Positions 13,096 to 26,086 of a DNA stretch of 64,000 nt are shown piece after piece. This stretch comes from Camelus ferus. Its lineage: Eukaryota. Position 1 is the stretch's first letter. Each line of letters opens with the position of its first letter. The stretch spans positions 64,172,001-64,236,000 of the forward strand of contig NC_045697.1 in the NCBI RefSeq assembly GCF_009834535.1, written 5' to 3'. Under the pieces are notes generated by a model, which did no database searches, was not told the DNA's origin, and saw only the letters and a program-made list of their open reading frames with translations. The position numbers and the translations under genes are program-made.

Positions 13096-15800
13096 ATAGT
13101 GCTTTTGAGCCTCATAAGACACCTTTCACATGAGCCACTCCTTCAAGACTAGGACAAATAGACAATCTACTTAATACATAGAAATAACACAAAGAATTAG
13201 GCAAAAAGGGGAGACAGAGGGATGTGTTTCCAAAAGAAAATTACAAAGCCTCTGAAAAAGAACTAAATAAAATGGAGATAAGCTATCTGCCTGATAAAGA
13301 GTTCAAAGAAATCATCATAAAAATGTTCACCAAACTCAGGAGAATGAGTGAACAGAGTAAGAACTTCAACAAAGAGGTAGAAAATACAAGAAAATGCCAA
13401 ACAGATACTATAACTGAAATAAATACACTAGAGGGGTTCAACAGCAGATTGGATGAAGTAGAAGAATAAACTTGTAAACTGGTGGAAAAAAGAATGGAAC
13501 TCAGAGCAGGAAAAAAAAGAGGAAATGAAGACACGTTAAGAGACCTTTAAGACAACACCAAGTGGAATAAATTCTCATTATAGGGTTCCCAGGAAGAGAA
13601 GATAAAAAGAGCCAGAAAAATTAGTTGAAGAAATAGTGGTTAAATACTTCCCTAATCTTAGGAGGGAAATAGACATCCAGGTCCAAGAAGTCCAGAGACT
13701 TCCAAACAAGATGAATCCAACTAGACAAACACCAAGATACATTATGATTAAAATGGAAAAAGTTAGATAGAATTCTAAAAGCAGCAAAAGAAAAATAACT
13801 GTTACATATAAGAGAAACCCCATAAGGGCATAAACAGATTTTATATCAGAAACTACAGACCAGAAAGGAGTGACATTACATATTCAAAGTACTAAAGGGA
13901 AAAATCATCCAGCCAAGAATTCTCTAATCAACAAGGTTATCATTCAGAATTGAAGAAGAGATTAAGAGTTTCCCAGATAAGCAAAAGCCACTAAACATGC
14001 CCTAAAAGAAATGTTAAAATGACCTCTTTAATCTGAAAAACAATGGATAATTAATAAAAGGAAAACATGAAAAAGCAAAAATTTCACTAAAAAAGGTAAA
14101 TACATAATAAAGCTTGAGAATTTATTACTTATAAAGCAAAAACAGAGGTTAACAGAAAAAAGTAATAAAATTAATTAAAATTAGAATAATTAGTTAAGGG
14201 ATGCATTAAAAAAAGATGTAAAATATATCATCAAAAGTACACAATGTGAGGAGGAGGGTAAAAAGAGCTTTGGAATGTGTTCAACTTTTAGTTGCTATCA
14301 ACTTAGACTGCTATTTACACAGAATGCCACCATGAACCTCACAGTAAACACAAGGTAAAAATATAGTAAATAAATAAAAGAAAAATAAGAAAAGCATAAC
14401 ACTAAAGAAAGCCATCAGAATACAAGGGTAGAGAGAAAGAGAAGAAGAAAGTAACATAGAGGAACCAAAAATATAGCTTGAAAACAATTTTAAAATATCA
14501 ATAATTACATGCTTACCAATAATTATTTCAAATGTAAATGTAATACATTTAGCAATCAAAAGATACAGAGTGACTGAATGGATTTAAAAAAAAAAAAGAC
14601 CCGCCTACATGCTGCCTGCAAGAGACTCATTTTAGAATTAAGAAAACAGCACACAAAGACTGAAAATGAAGGGATGGAAAAATAAATACCATCTAAATGG
14701 AAATGAAAAGAAAGCTGGTATAGCTATGCTCATATCAGACAAAATAGACTTTAAAAGTAAGAAAGCACAAAAAGACAGAACAGCATTACATAATGATAAA
14801 GGGGTCAATTCAGCAAGAAGATATAACAATTGTAAATATTTATGCACCCAACATAGGAACACCTAAATATATAAAGCAAGTATTAATAAATATAAAGGGA
14901 GAATTTGAAAGCAGTACAATAATACTTGGAGACTTTAACACCCACTTACATCAACGGATAGATCATCCAGACAGAAAACCAATACGGAAACACTGGATTT
15001 ATACTACATATTAGATTAGATATTTAATAAATATATACAAAACATTTCATCCAAAAGCAGGAAAATACACATCCTTATCAAGTAAACAAGGAACATTCTC
15101 CAGGAGAGGTCATATGCCATAAAATAAGTCTCAATAAATTTTAGAAGATTGAAATTTTATCAAGCATCTTCTCTAACCACAGTGGTATGAAACTAGAAAT
15201 TAATCACCAAAAAAAAAAAAAAGGGAAAAACACAAAAATATGGAGATTAAACAACCTGTTACTTGAGTAACCAATGGGTCATAGAAGAATTTAAAGAAAA
15301 ATTTAAAAATCCCTGGAGACAAATGAAAACAGAAATAAGACACAGCAAAATTTATGGTATGCAAAAGAACAGTTCTGAGAAGGAATACAGGCCTACATCA
15401 AGAAACAAGAAAAATCCAAAACAAAAAATGTAACTCTACACCTAAAGCAACTAGAAAAAGAAGAACAAAATACACTCAATATTAGTAGGAGAAAGGAAAC
15501 AAGATCAGAATGGAAATAAATAAAATAAAGCCTAAAAAGACAATAGGAAATCAACGGAAGTAAGAGCAGTTTCTAGCCGAGAATTAGACTAAGCAAAAGA
15601 GAGAGAGAGTGCTCAAATAAATCGTATCAGACATGAAATAAGAGAAATTACTACTGGTGTCATAGAAATACAGAGAATATAAAAGAATACTACAAACAAT
15701 TATATACTGACAAATTGGACAACCTAGAAATAAATGGATCAATTTCTATAAACATGCAACCTGCCAAGACTGAATCATGAAGAAACAGAAAATCTGAGTA

Positions 15801-17965
15801 CAGGCATACCTTGTTTTAATGTACTTTGCCTCATTGTGATTCACAGATATTACTGTTCTGTTGTTTTTGTTTTTGTTTTTGTTTTAAAATTGAAGGTTTG
15901 TGACAACTCTGCTTCAAGCAAGTCTATCAGCACCATTTTCCAACATTTGCTCAATATGTCTTTGTGTCACAACTTGATAGTTCTCACAATATTTCAATCG
16001 TTTTCAATATTACTATATTTATAATGGTGATCTGTGATCAATGATCTTTCCTGTTACTATTGTACTTGTTCTAGGGAAAGCACAAACCATGATCTTATGA
16101 GACAGTGAAGTTATTCAATAAATGTGTGTGTTCTGATTGCTCTACCAACCAAACTTTACTCAACCCCCCTCCCTCCCTCAGACTTCCCTATTCCCTGAGA
16201 CAAAACAATATTTAAGTTAGGCCAATTAATAACATTACAATAGTGTCTAAGTGTTCAAGTGAAAGAGTCACGTGTCTCTCACTTGAAATCAAAAGACAAA
16301 AAAGATTAAGCTTAGTGAGAAAGGCATGTAGATAGCTGAGACAGGTCCAAAGCTAGGCCTCTTACAGCAGTGAGCCAACTTGCAAATGCAAAAGAAAAGT
16401 TCATGAAAAAAATTAAAAGTGCCACTCCAGTGAACACACAAATGAAACAGCCTATTGCTGATATAGAGGAAGTTTCAGTGGTCTGGATAGGAGATCAAAC
16501 CAACCATAACACTCCCTTAAGCCAAAATCAAATCCAGAGCAAGGCCATAGATATCTTCTATGAAGGCTGAAAGAGGTAAGGAGGCTGCAGAAGAAAAGTC
16601 TAAAGCTAGCAGAGGTTGGTTCATGAGGTTTAAGGAAAGAAGCTGTCTCTATAACACAAAAGTGCAAGGTGAAGCAGCAAGTGCTGATGTAGAAGCTGCA
16701 GCAGGTTATCCAGAAGACCTTCTAAAATAATTCATGAAGGTGGCCACACTAAATAATAGATCTCCAATGTAAACAAAACAGCCCTCTATTGGAAGAAGAT
16801 GTAATGTAGGACTTAAGTAGCTGTGGAAGAGAAGTCAATGTCTGGCTTCAAAGCTTCAGAGGATAGTTTGACTGTCTTGGTAGGGGCTAAAGTAGCTGGT
16901 GACTTTCAGTTGAAGCCAGTGCTCATGTATCACTCTGAAAATCCTAGGATCCTTAAGAATTATGCTTAATCAATCCAGCCTATGCTCCATACATGGAATA
17001 ATGAAACCTGGATAACAGGATATCTGTATACAACATGATATACTTAATATTTTAAGCCCATTTATGAGAACTACTACTCAGAAAAAAAGATTTCTTTCAA
17101 AATAATACTGCACATTGACAATGCACCTGATCACCCAAGAGCCCTGATGGAGATGTACAACAAGATTCATGTTGTTTTCATGCTGGCTAACAAAATATCC
17201 ATTCTGCAGCCCATGGACCAAGGAGTAATTTCTAATTTCAAGTCTTATTATTTAAGAAATATAGTTGCCAGAGACAGTGATTCCCCCAATGGATCAGGAT
17301 AAAGTAAATTGAAACCCCCTCACCATTTTAGATACCATGAAGGACATTTGTGGTTTATGGAAAGAGGTCAAAATAACATTCACAGGAGATTGGAAGAAGC
17401 TGATTCCAACCCACATGGGTGACTTTGAAGAGTCAATACTTAGTGGAAGAAGTAACTGTGGATGCAGTAAACCTAGCAAGAGAACTAGAATTCAAAGTGG
17501 AGACTGAAAATGTGACTAAATTGCTGCAATCTTATGATAAAACTTTAATGAATGATTTGCTTCTTATGGATAAGTAAAGAAAGTAGATTCTTGGGATGGG
17601 CTCTACTCCTAGTTAAGAAGCTGTGAAGATTGTTGAAATGGTAACAAAGGACTTGGAATATTACATAAATTTAGCTGATAAGCCAGTGGAAGGGTTTGAG
17701 AGGATTGACTCCAATTTTGAAAGAAGTTCTACGGTGGGTTAAATGCTATCAAACAGCATTGTATGGTACACAGAAATTGCTCATGTAAGAAGAGTCAATC
17801 AAGTCAGCAAACTTTATTATTGTATTATTTTAAGAAATTGCCACAGCCCCGCCCCAGCCTTCAGCATTCACCACCCTAATAAGTCAGCAAACATCAACAC
17901 TGAGGTAAGACCCTCCACCAGCAAAAAGATTATGACCCGCTAAAGACTCAGATGATGGTTAGCAT
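15801..17965 (+). mobile_element. Tigger1 DNA transposon (pogo family), 3' end deleted
   Basis: TA|CAGGCATACCT terminal repeat and transposase remnants (NAKEKFMKKIKSATPVNTQM at 16370-16570; DNAP.HP and LQPMDQGVI motifs at ~17117-17230). Confidence 0.95.
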
Positions 17966-20514
17966 CAGATGGCTTCACTGTTGCATTCTACAAAACGTTC
18001 AAAAGAAGAATTAAAACCTATCCTTCTCAAGCTCTTCAAAAAACTGAAGAGGAAGAAACCTTCCAAATACATTTTATGAAGGAAGCATTATGCTGATACC
18101 AAAACTAGAGAAAGACACCACACAAAAAGAAAATTATAGGCCAATACACTCAATGAACATAGATTCAAAAATTCTCAAGAAAATACTAGCAAATCAAATC
18201 CAATAATACACTAAAAGGATCATACACCATGATCAAGTGGGACTTACTCCAGACATGTCAGAATGGTTCAACAACTACAAATGAATCAGCATGATACATC
18301 ACAATAGCAATATGAAGGATTAAATTATTTGGTCATCTCGATAGATGCAGAAAAAGAATTGACGAAATTCAACATCAATTTGTGATAAGTCCTCTCAACA
18401 AAGTGGATGTTGAGAGAATGAATCTCAACATAATAGAGGCCATATGTGACAAACCCACAGCTAACATTATACCCAATGGTGAAAAGTTGAAAACTTTTCC
18501 TCTAAAATTAGGAAAAAGACGAGGATGTCCACTTTCACCACTTTTATTCAACACAGTATTGAAAGTCGTAGCCACAACAATTAGGCAAGAAAAAGAAATA
18601 AAAGGCATCCAAATTGGAAAGAAAGAAGTAAAACTGTTATTATTCGCAGATGGCATGATACTTTATATAGAAAACCCTAAAGATGGTACCAAAAAACTTT
18701 TAGAACTAATAAATGAATTCAATAAAGTTGCAGGATACAAAATCAACATACAGAAACTGCTGGCATTTATATACACTAATAAAAAAAAACTATCAGAAAG
18801 AGAAGTTAGGAAAACTATCCCATTTACAAGTGCATCAAAAACAATAAAATACCTAAGGGTAAATTTAACTAAGGAGGTAAAATAACTGTACTCTGAAAAC
18901 CACAAGACTCTGATGAAAGAAATTGAGGAAGATACAAATAAATAGAAAGGTATACTACACTCAAGGATTGAAAGAATTAATACGATCAGAATGTCCATTC
19001 TACCCAAAGCAATCTACAGATTCAATGTAATCCCTATCAAAATGGCAATGGCATATTTTACAGAACTAGAAAATAATTATAAAATGTGCTTGTAACCACA
19101 AAAGAGCTAGAAGAGCCAAAACAATCTTGAGAAAAAGGAAAACTGGAAGTAACATGCTCCCTGATTTTAAACTATACTTTCAAGCTGTAGTAATTACAAC
19201 AGTATGGTACTGCACAAAAACAGACACATGTATCAATGAAACAGATTTGAGAACCCAGAGATAAACCAACACATACATGGACAACAAATTTATGACAAAT
19301 AAACCAAGAATATACAACAGAGAAATAACAATCTCTTCAATAAACGGTGTTGGGAGAACTGAGAAGCCACATGGAAAAGAATAAAACTAGACAACTCTCT
19401 TTTACCATACACAAAAATTAACTCAAAATGGATTGAAAACTTCAATGTGAAACCCAAAACCATAAAACTCCTAGAAGGAAACATAGGTAGTAACTTAATG
19501 GAAATCAATTTTAGTGATGTTTTTGTGCATTTGACTCCAAAGGCAAGGGAAACAAAATAAAAAGTAAATGAGTGGGACTACATCAAACTAAAAAGCTTTT
19601 ACACAGTGAAGATTAAAAAATGAGCTAAGAATTTGAATACATATTTTTCCAAAGGAGACATACAGATGGTCAATTGGCACATGAAAAGATGTTCAACATC
19701 AGTAATTATCAGGGAAATGCAAATCAAAACCCAAATGAGATGTCACCTCACACCTGTCAGAATAGCTGTCATCAAAATAACCATAATTAAAAACAGTAAA
19801 GGTGAGAATTTTAAAAAAGTGAACTTTTGTACACTGTTGGTGGGAATGTAAATTGATGCAGCCACTATGAAAACATTATGGAAATTCCTCAAAAATTAAG
19901 AATAGAATTACCATATGATCTAGGTATTTCACGTCTGGGTATATATCTGAATAACACAAAACCATTAATTTAAAAAGATATATGCACTCCTATGTTCATT
20001 ATAGCATTATTTACAACAGCTTAAGATATAGAAAAAACCTAAGTTTCCATCAGTGGATGAATGGGTAAAGAAAAAGCAATATAAATACATATAATAGAAT
20101 ACAACTCTGCCAGAAAGAAAAAAAAGGATGAAATCCTGCCAAGGATTGTGACAAGATGGATGCAGCTTGAGGGTATTATGCTAAGTAAAATAAGTCAGAA
20201 GGAAAAAGATAAATACTGTATGATTTCACTTATATGTGAAATCTAAAAACAGAACAAAAATTTTAAAAAGTCACATGATATAAAACAAAAACAAACTACT
20301 TATAGATTCAGAGAACAGATTAATGGTTACCTAAGGGTAGGGTGGTTGGAGGTTGGGGAAAATGGAAAAGAAGGTCAACTGTATGGTGAAGGATGGTAAC
20401 TAGACTTCTGATGGTGATCATTCTGTAGTATAAACAGATGTTAAAGTTAAATGCTCTAGACATATAGTTATATAATAAAAAAGTAACAACAAAATTTTAA
20501 AAAGTCAATGGGCA

Positions 20515-20755
20515 TGGTTATGTCTGCATATAATATCTTGCTACAGCTGCCTTGCAACCATGAGGGAAGAAAACACTAATAGGCTGAAGCTGGCAGAGTA
20601 GAATATGAAAAGCCTCTGGTTCTTTGCTGATATCATTAACCTTAAAACAGTTTCCGCTAGATATTTTGTTATATGAGATTATACACATCCTGACATTTAA
20701 TTCAATTTGGATTTTGTATTTGATTATTTGTAGCCCAAAGAATTTTAACTGATAA
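20515..20755 (+). mobile_element. Old MaLR LTR fragment (MLT1J/K-like)
   Basis: Motifs caaccatgaggg...ggcagagtaga and a 3' end resembling ttgtagccc...taactgata. Confidence 0.55.
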
Positions 20756-20804
20756 AATAAATGTATTTTATATCTCAAAAAAGAGCAATTCAGAAAATCT
20801 CTGT

Positions 20805-21397
20805 ATTAATTGTCTTTTACTATTTGACAATTCAATCGCTTAAGACAATCCTCATTTATTATCTCTGTAGGACAGAAGTCAGGGTAGACTCAAATGGTCC
20901 TGTCTTACAATGCTGAAATCAAGTTTTTGGCAGAGATGGGCTCTTCTCTGGAGGCTCTGGGAAAGAATCCTCTATCAGGGACTCTAAGTTGTTAGCTGAA
21001 TTCAGTTCCATGACTTGGAGTATCCGTCTTTCCTTCCTTACTGTCGGCTCCCACTTCCTAGAGACAGCGCTTCAGTCACTGCGCATGATGCCCTCCATCT
21101 TCAAGCCAGCGACAGCATGTCAATCTTAGGCTTACAGTTTCTCTGACTTCCCCCTTTCCCTACCAGCAGGAGAAAACTCTACTTTCAAAGGGCTCATATA
21201 ATTATATGATTAGGCCCACCTGATAATCCAAAGTAATCTTTATTTTAAAGTAAATGGATCAGTCATCTTAACTATATCTGCAAAGTCCTTTTTCCCATGG
21301 TATGTAACATATTCATAGTCATGAAATATCATCATATTCACAGTCCCAAGTATTAGGGCAGGTAATCTTGGGGGCCATTTTTAGAGTTCTGTCACAC
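20805..21397 (-). mobile_element. MaLR LTR (MLT1D/E-like)
   Basis: Motifs ctggaggctctgggaaagaatcc, agggctcat...gattaggcccacc and atctgcaaagtccttttt. Confidence 0.75.
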
Positions 21398-22129
21398 TCA
21401 TTTAGGAAAAAAAACCAACTTAGATTTCTACCAATGAAAATATGTAATTTCTGTAAATTTTCCTATTAAATTAAAAAAGACTTTCCTTTTGATTAAATTG
21501 TCAGTTGTAAAGAATTAATTTTCAAATCATTTGTCCTGTGAATAGAATAACTTCAAAAGAATATTCAGATAAATAAACCGTTCATGGATTTGAAGCAGAG
21601 AGTCATAACAAAGATAACGGTGGAAAAGCAATGACAAGCAAACTGTTGAGCTAGGAAAGCAAGTCTAGCATTCCCACATAAATCCAGGAATACCTCCAAA
21701 ACACTATCTGTGCTCTGTTTCTATGCATCAGAGAAATCAAGGGGCCCTCAACAGTGTCAGATCATCCCACAGAGGCTTGTTGTGCAAGATGCTTCCTGAC
21801 TGATTGCATCCTTGGGGGTGTATTTGATTATGTTTCTAGCAATTCGGTTATAACAAATACTGAGTGCTGTTATCTTTAATAAGCCTCTAAGAGAAATTAT
21901 AGCTAAGTCTGGATAGTTTGGGGATTGTTTTTAATGGGTCAAGTCTTCCCTGGAACTTCAGATGAACATTGATGAAGGCAGTATCTCTTTTCTGATATTT
22001 AGGTGTTTCATTAACTGGGTAAAAAAATAACAATACCTCAGAGCTAAGGTGATTGATACAGTGGTGGTGAAAAAAGTGTCATAATGGAGGAATTGTTTCT
22101 ATGGGTGCAAGTTGTTAAGGTAAGGAGGT

Positions 22130-23457
22130 ATACAAGGTATTGAATATAGTTCCCTGTGCTATACATTGAGACCTTGCTGTTTATCTATTTTATATATAGT
22201 AGTATCTGCAAATCCTGAAGTCCCAATTTATCCCTTCACCTCCCCCTCCTTCCCCTCTGGTAACCACAAGTTTGTTTTTATGTCTGTGAGTCCATTTCTG
22301 TTTTGTAAATAAGTCCATGTGTCTCATTTTTGTTTCAGATTCCACATATAAGTGATATCATTTGGTATTTTCTTTCTCTTTCTGGCTTACTTCACTTAAT
22401 ATGACAATTTCCAGATCCATCCATGTTGCTGCAAATAGCATTATTTTATTCTTTTTTATGTCTGAGTAGTATTCCATTGTGTGTGTGTGTATCACATCTT
22501 CTTTATCCAATCATCTGTTGATGGACATTTAGGTTGCTTCCATGTCTTGGCTGTTGTATATAGTGCTGCTATGGGGGTGCATGTATCTTTTCAAATTAGA
22601 GTTCCCTCTGGATATAAGCACAGGAGTGGGGTTTCTGGATCATATGGTAAGTCAATTTTTAGTTGTTTAAGGAATCTCCATACTGTTTTCCATAAGGACT
22701 GCACCAAACTACAGTCCCACCAACAGTGTAGGAGGGCTCCCTCTTCTCCACACCTTGTTCGTGGACTTTTAAATTATTATCAAAGCAATACTGAAGAAAA
22801 AGAATGAAGCTAGAGGAATAACCCTTCCAGACTTCAGACAACACTACAGAGTTGCAGTAAATAAAACAGCATCATATTGGCACAAAAACAGACACTGGAT
22901 CAATGGATCAGAATAGAGAGCTCAGATATAAACACACTCACCTACAGGCAATTAATCTTCAACAAAGAAGGCAAGAATATACAGTGGAGAAAAAACAGTG
23001 TCTTCAGCAAGTGGTGTTGGGAAAGCAGGACAGCTGCATTTAAATCAGTGAAATTAGAACACTTCTTCCCACCATACACAAAAATAAACTCAAAATGGTT
23101 TAAAGACTTAAAGATTAGACAAGACATTCTAAACCTCCTATAAGAAAACATAGGTAAAAAACATTCTCTGACATAAATCTTAGCAATGTTCTCCTCAGAC
23201 AGTCTACCCAGGCAATAGAAATAAAAGCAAAAATAAACAAATGGGACCAAATTAAACTTATAAGTTTTTGCACAGCAAAGGAAGCCATAAGCAAAACAAA
23301 ACAACCACCTATGGAATGGGAGAAAATATTTGCAAACAATGGGACTGGCAAGGGCTTAATTTCCATAATATACAAATGCTCATACAACTCAATAACAAAA
23401 AATAAATAAATAAACAACCCAAACAAAAAATGGGCAGAAAAATAAACCATTTCTCCA
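22130..23457 (-). mobile_element. 5'-inverted (twin-primed) young L1
   Basis: The 3'UTR lies on the minus strand (22130-22765) and is joined to the upstream ORF2 segment on the plus strand (22770-23457). Confidence 0.85.
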
Positions 23458-25049
23458 GTATGTCTTTGATACAAGACATCTCTGAAGCAGACTCAGAAGA
23501 CAGCATTACTTCCATGGGAAACTAGAGATTTTCAGGGGCCAAAAGGGCATAGAATATGAGACTTTGAGGTGCTCAGATTTATCCCTGCCTGATTCATCCC
23601 CAAGAGGTACAGAAAGGAACTTACATCAGACTGAATTCTCACAGCTTAACAAAGTGCAAGGCTTGAGAGAGATACAGTTAATATTAGATATTGATTTGAG
23701 AATCAGGTAATCTTTCAGTTGAATAAACTAAGGTAACGTATAATAATTCTACTCCCACATTCAATAAATATGCAAATCATTAGGGAAGAACTAAGACATC
23801 ATTAGGAGTAAAACTATTTGTGATGGATGAGAGATATGAAACTTATTTACTTGAAGTTACTATTTTAAAAATTCAAAATCAAATATTTAATAAGAATGTC
23901 AAATCATAAATATGAATATAGAATTTTTTCATTGTTATTTATAGAATAAGAAAAAGTGAAAATTGCTTTGTATTGGTATATAAATGCATTATTTTTGTGT
24001 TGTATATGACATTTAAAAGCTACAGAGTTGGCTTAAGTAGTTGAATGAGCAAAGAGTTTTCAGATATGGGATTTCTCTGTCTTAAATATGTTAGCTTACA
24101 TCATTTCTTATCCATTAATGGTGACATAGCCACTTTTAAAAATATGACAACATTTGTCAGAGAAAGGTCATCCAATAACATGGCTGAACGTCCCAATAAA
24201 GCACACACTTCTTTTTCCCACTGCGTCTGCTGTTTTGGAGATGTTGAAAGCATGTGAGATTTTTGGCCTGCTAGGAAGCATTAATGACCCTAAGACTTTT
24301 TAAAGGGATTATGAATTGTGGACTGTGGTAATGCCTTTTATTAGTATCCATTTATTGGATTCCCTGTTATCCACAAAATTTTTAAGTGGCTCAAATGTTA
24401 TATTAGTCCCAGTGGCTAAAAAACATTAAAAACTGACTTTCAGACACAGGGAAATGGTTCCATCCCAATTTTTTTTTCAAAGTTAAGGTTATATCTTATT
24501 TTTGATGAGCCAACCCAGTAGGCATGTAAGTTCTTCGATTTGTAAAACATTTGATTTAAAACAAAATATTTTGATTATGTGAAACAATTTTCATATATTG
24601 AAACCTACTTTCCATATAGAAGAACACAGTCTGGTGTGATGGTGGAAATTGGGAAGAACATGGTTGAGATATGAAAATCTCTCTGCTTGCTAAAACTATC
24701 AATACAGGAGGGCCGAAAGGCAATAGGACAGACTAACAGGTCAAATGGCCAGGCTCTGAATAGCTCTGCTGAAGAACTGCTCCAATACTGAATCTGGGTA
24801 ATGAATCTTCAGCTACATATTTATTCAAAAATATGCAAGGCCATGTAGTAGGCATTTCAGCTTCAGGGAGAATAAAAGAATTCCTACATTCTGGTTGACA
24901 ATGAAAAGATAGACAAATGAAGAAAATAAAGAAAATGAATAAAGAAGGCAATGGGATTTGTGTCCCTATAATAGAGAATAACAAGTTTGGGTGAAAAGGT
25001 GTTGCCAAAAAGAGAATTCACCTAGCAAGAAGGAGTTGTTCATGAAAAC

Positions 25050-25245
25050 CGTCTATGAGGACATAGCACCTAAGCTGAAAGTTGAAGTGTGAGAAAAGTC
25101 AGTCATAGGAAGAGTAAAGAAAAGCTTTTTTCAAAGCTTTTGAAAGGAGAACAGTACATGTATGAAGAATTTAAGGCATGAAAAAGTATTTTGGAGGAAA
25201 TGAAAGACTAGTGGTCTGGAACTTCAGAAGAAATGAGTCCAGAAT
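25050..25245 (-). mobile_element. L2 fragment (continues at 31652-32050)
   Basis: Purine-rich L2-like motifs on both sides of the L1 at 25260-31637, e.g. gggccttgaaagtcattgtaag and ggggaagccattga. Confidence 0.55.
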
Positions 25246-25994
25246 ACAAATATAATGTATCCTACCCACCTGTGGGGGCACACCAGTCCCAGGACTACTG
25301 CAGCCCTTCAACCTGTCATGGCAGGACCCAGTCCACTCACCAGCAGGCTGGCAAAAGACCTGGGATCTTGGGCACTGGTCCCACCAGCAGGCGAAGACCA
25401 GCTCTGAGGCACCGTGGGCCCATCAGTCACCTCCCTGGGATCCAGCCTGACCCACCAGTGAGCCTATATAAGCTTTGGGATACTCCAGATCCTATATCCA
25501 GCTGTGTCAAGATTAGACCCCTGCACCAGTGGGCTAACACTAGACTCAGGACCCCATTGGTCTTAACCCAACCCACCAATGATCCAATACCCATTCTGGA
25601 GCCCCTAGGCCCTACAGCCATAGACCCTACCCAACTCTGCATGCCAGTGGACCAACACTAGACCTAGGATCTAGCTTCACCCCCTGGTTGGCAAGCACCT
25701 GCCCAAGCATTCCCTAGGCCCCAGCCCCACCTACCAGTGTGCATGCACCAGCCCCAGGACCACCACCACTGCCCACCAGCTTGCCTGGTCAGAATTCAGC
25801 CGACACAGCAGCAGATTGGCACCAGACCAGGGACTTCCAGGCCCCAACTCTGCCCAATAGGAGGCCAACAAACCCTGGGACATGTTGGGCTCCTCTGCCA
25901 GTGGCCCTAAGATCCTGTCCCACCCACCAGCATGCTGACACCAGTTTCAGGACACCAAGGGCCCTTCAGCTAGAGAACCTGGGACTCAGTCCAG

Positions 25995-26086
25995 TAAGCC
26001 AACACTAACATTGAGACATCCTGGGTCCTGGCCCTGTCTATAAGCCGACACTAACATTGAGACATCCTGGGTCCTGGCCCTGTCTA
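25995..26086 (+). repeat. 46-bp tandem duplication in the L1 5'UTR
   Basis: Two copies of taagccRacactaacattgagacatcctgggtcctggccctgtcta with one mismatch. Confidence 0.95.

Larger units (their letters stand above)
12490..20500 (+). mobile_element. Near-full-length decayed L1, interrupted by an LTR and a Tigger1
   Basis: ORF1 remnant at 13224-13469, endonuclease remnant at 14666-15014, RT remnant at 18382-18885 (LFADGMI from the FADDM motif), then 3'UTR and A-rich tail. Confidence 0.95.

Noticed and set aside
18382..18885. 167-aa ORF with reverse-transcriptase similarity as a functional gene
   Set aside because: It is a fragment of a decayed L1 ORF2. The catalytic FADD motif reads FADG and the flanking frames are broken.
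21732..21817. Exon-like block after tttctatgcatcag
   Set aside because: It has a weak donor, no lectin-like motif, and is not needed for the phase chain.
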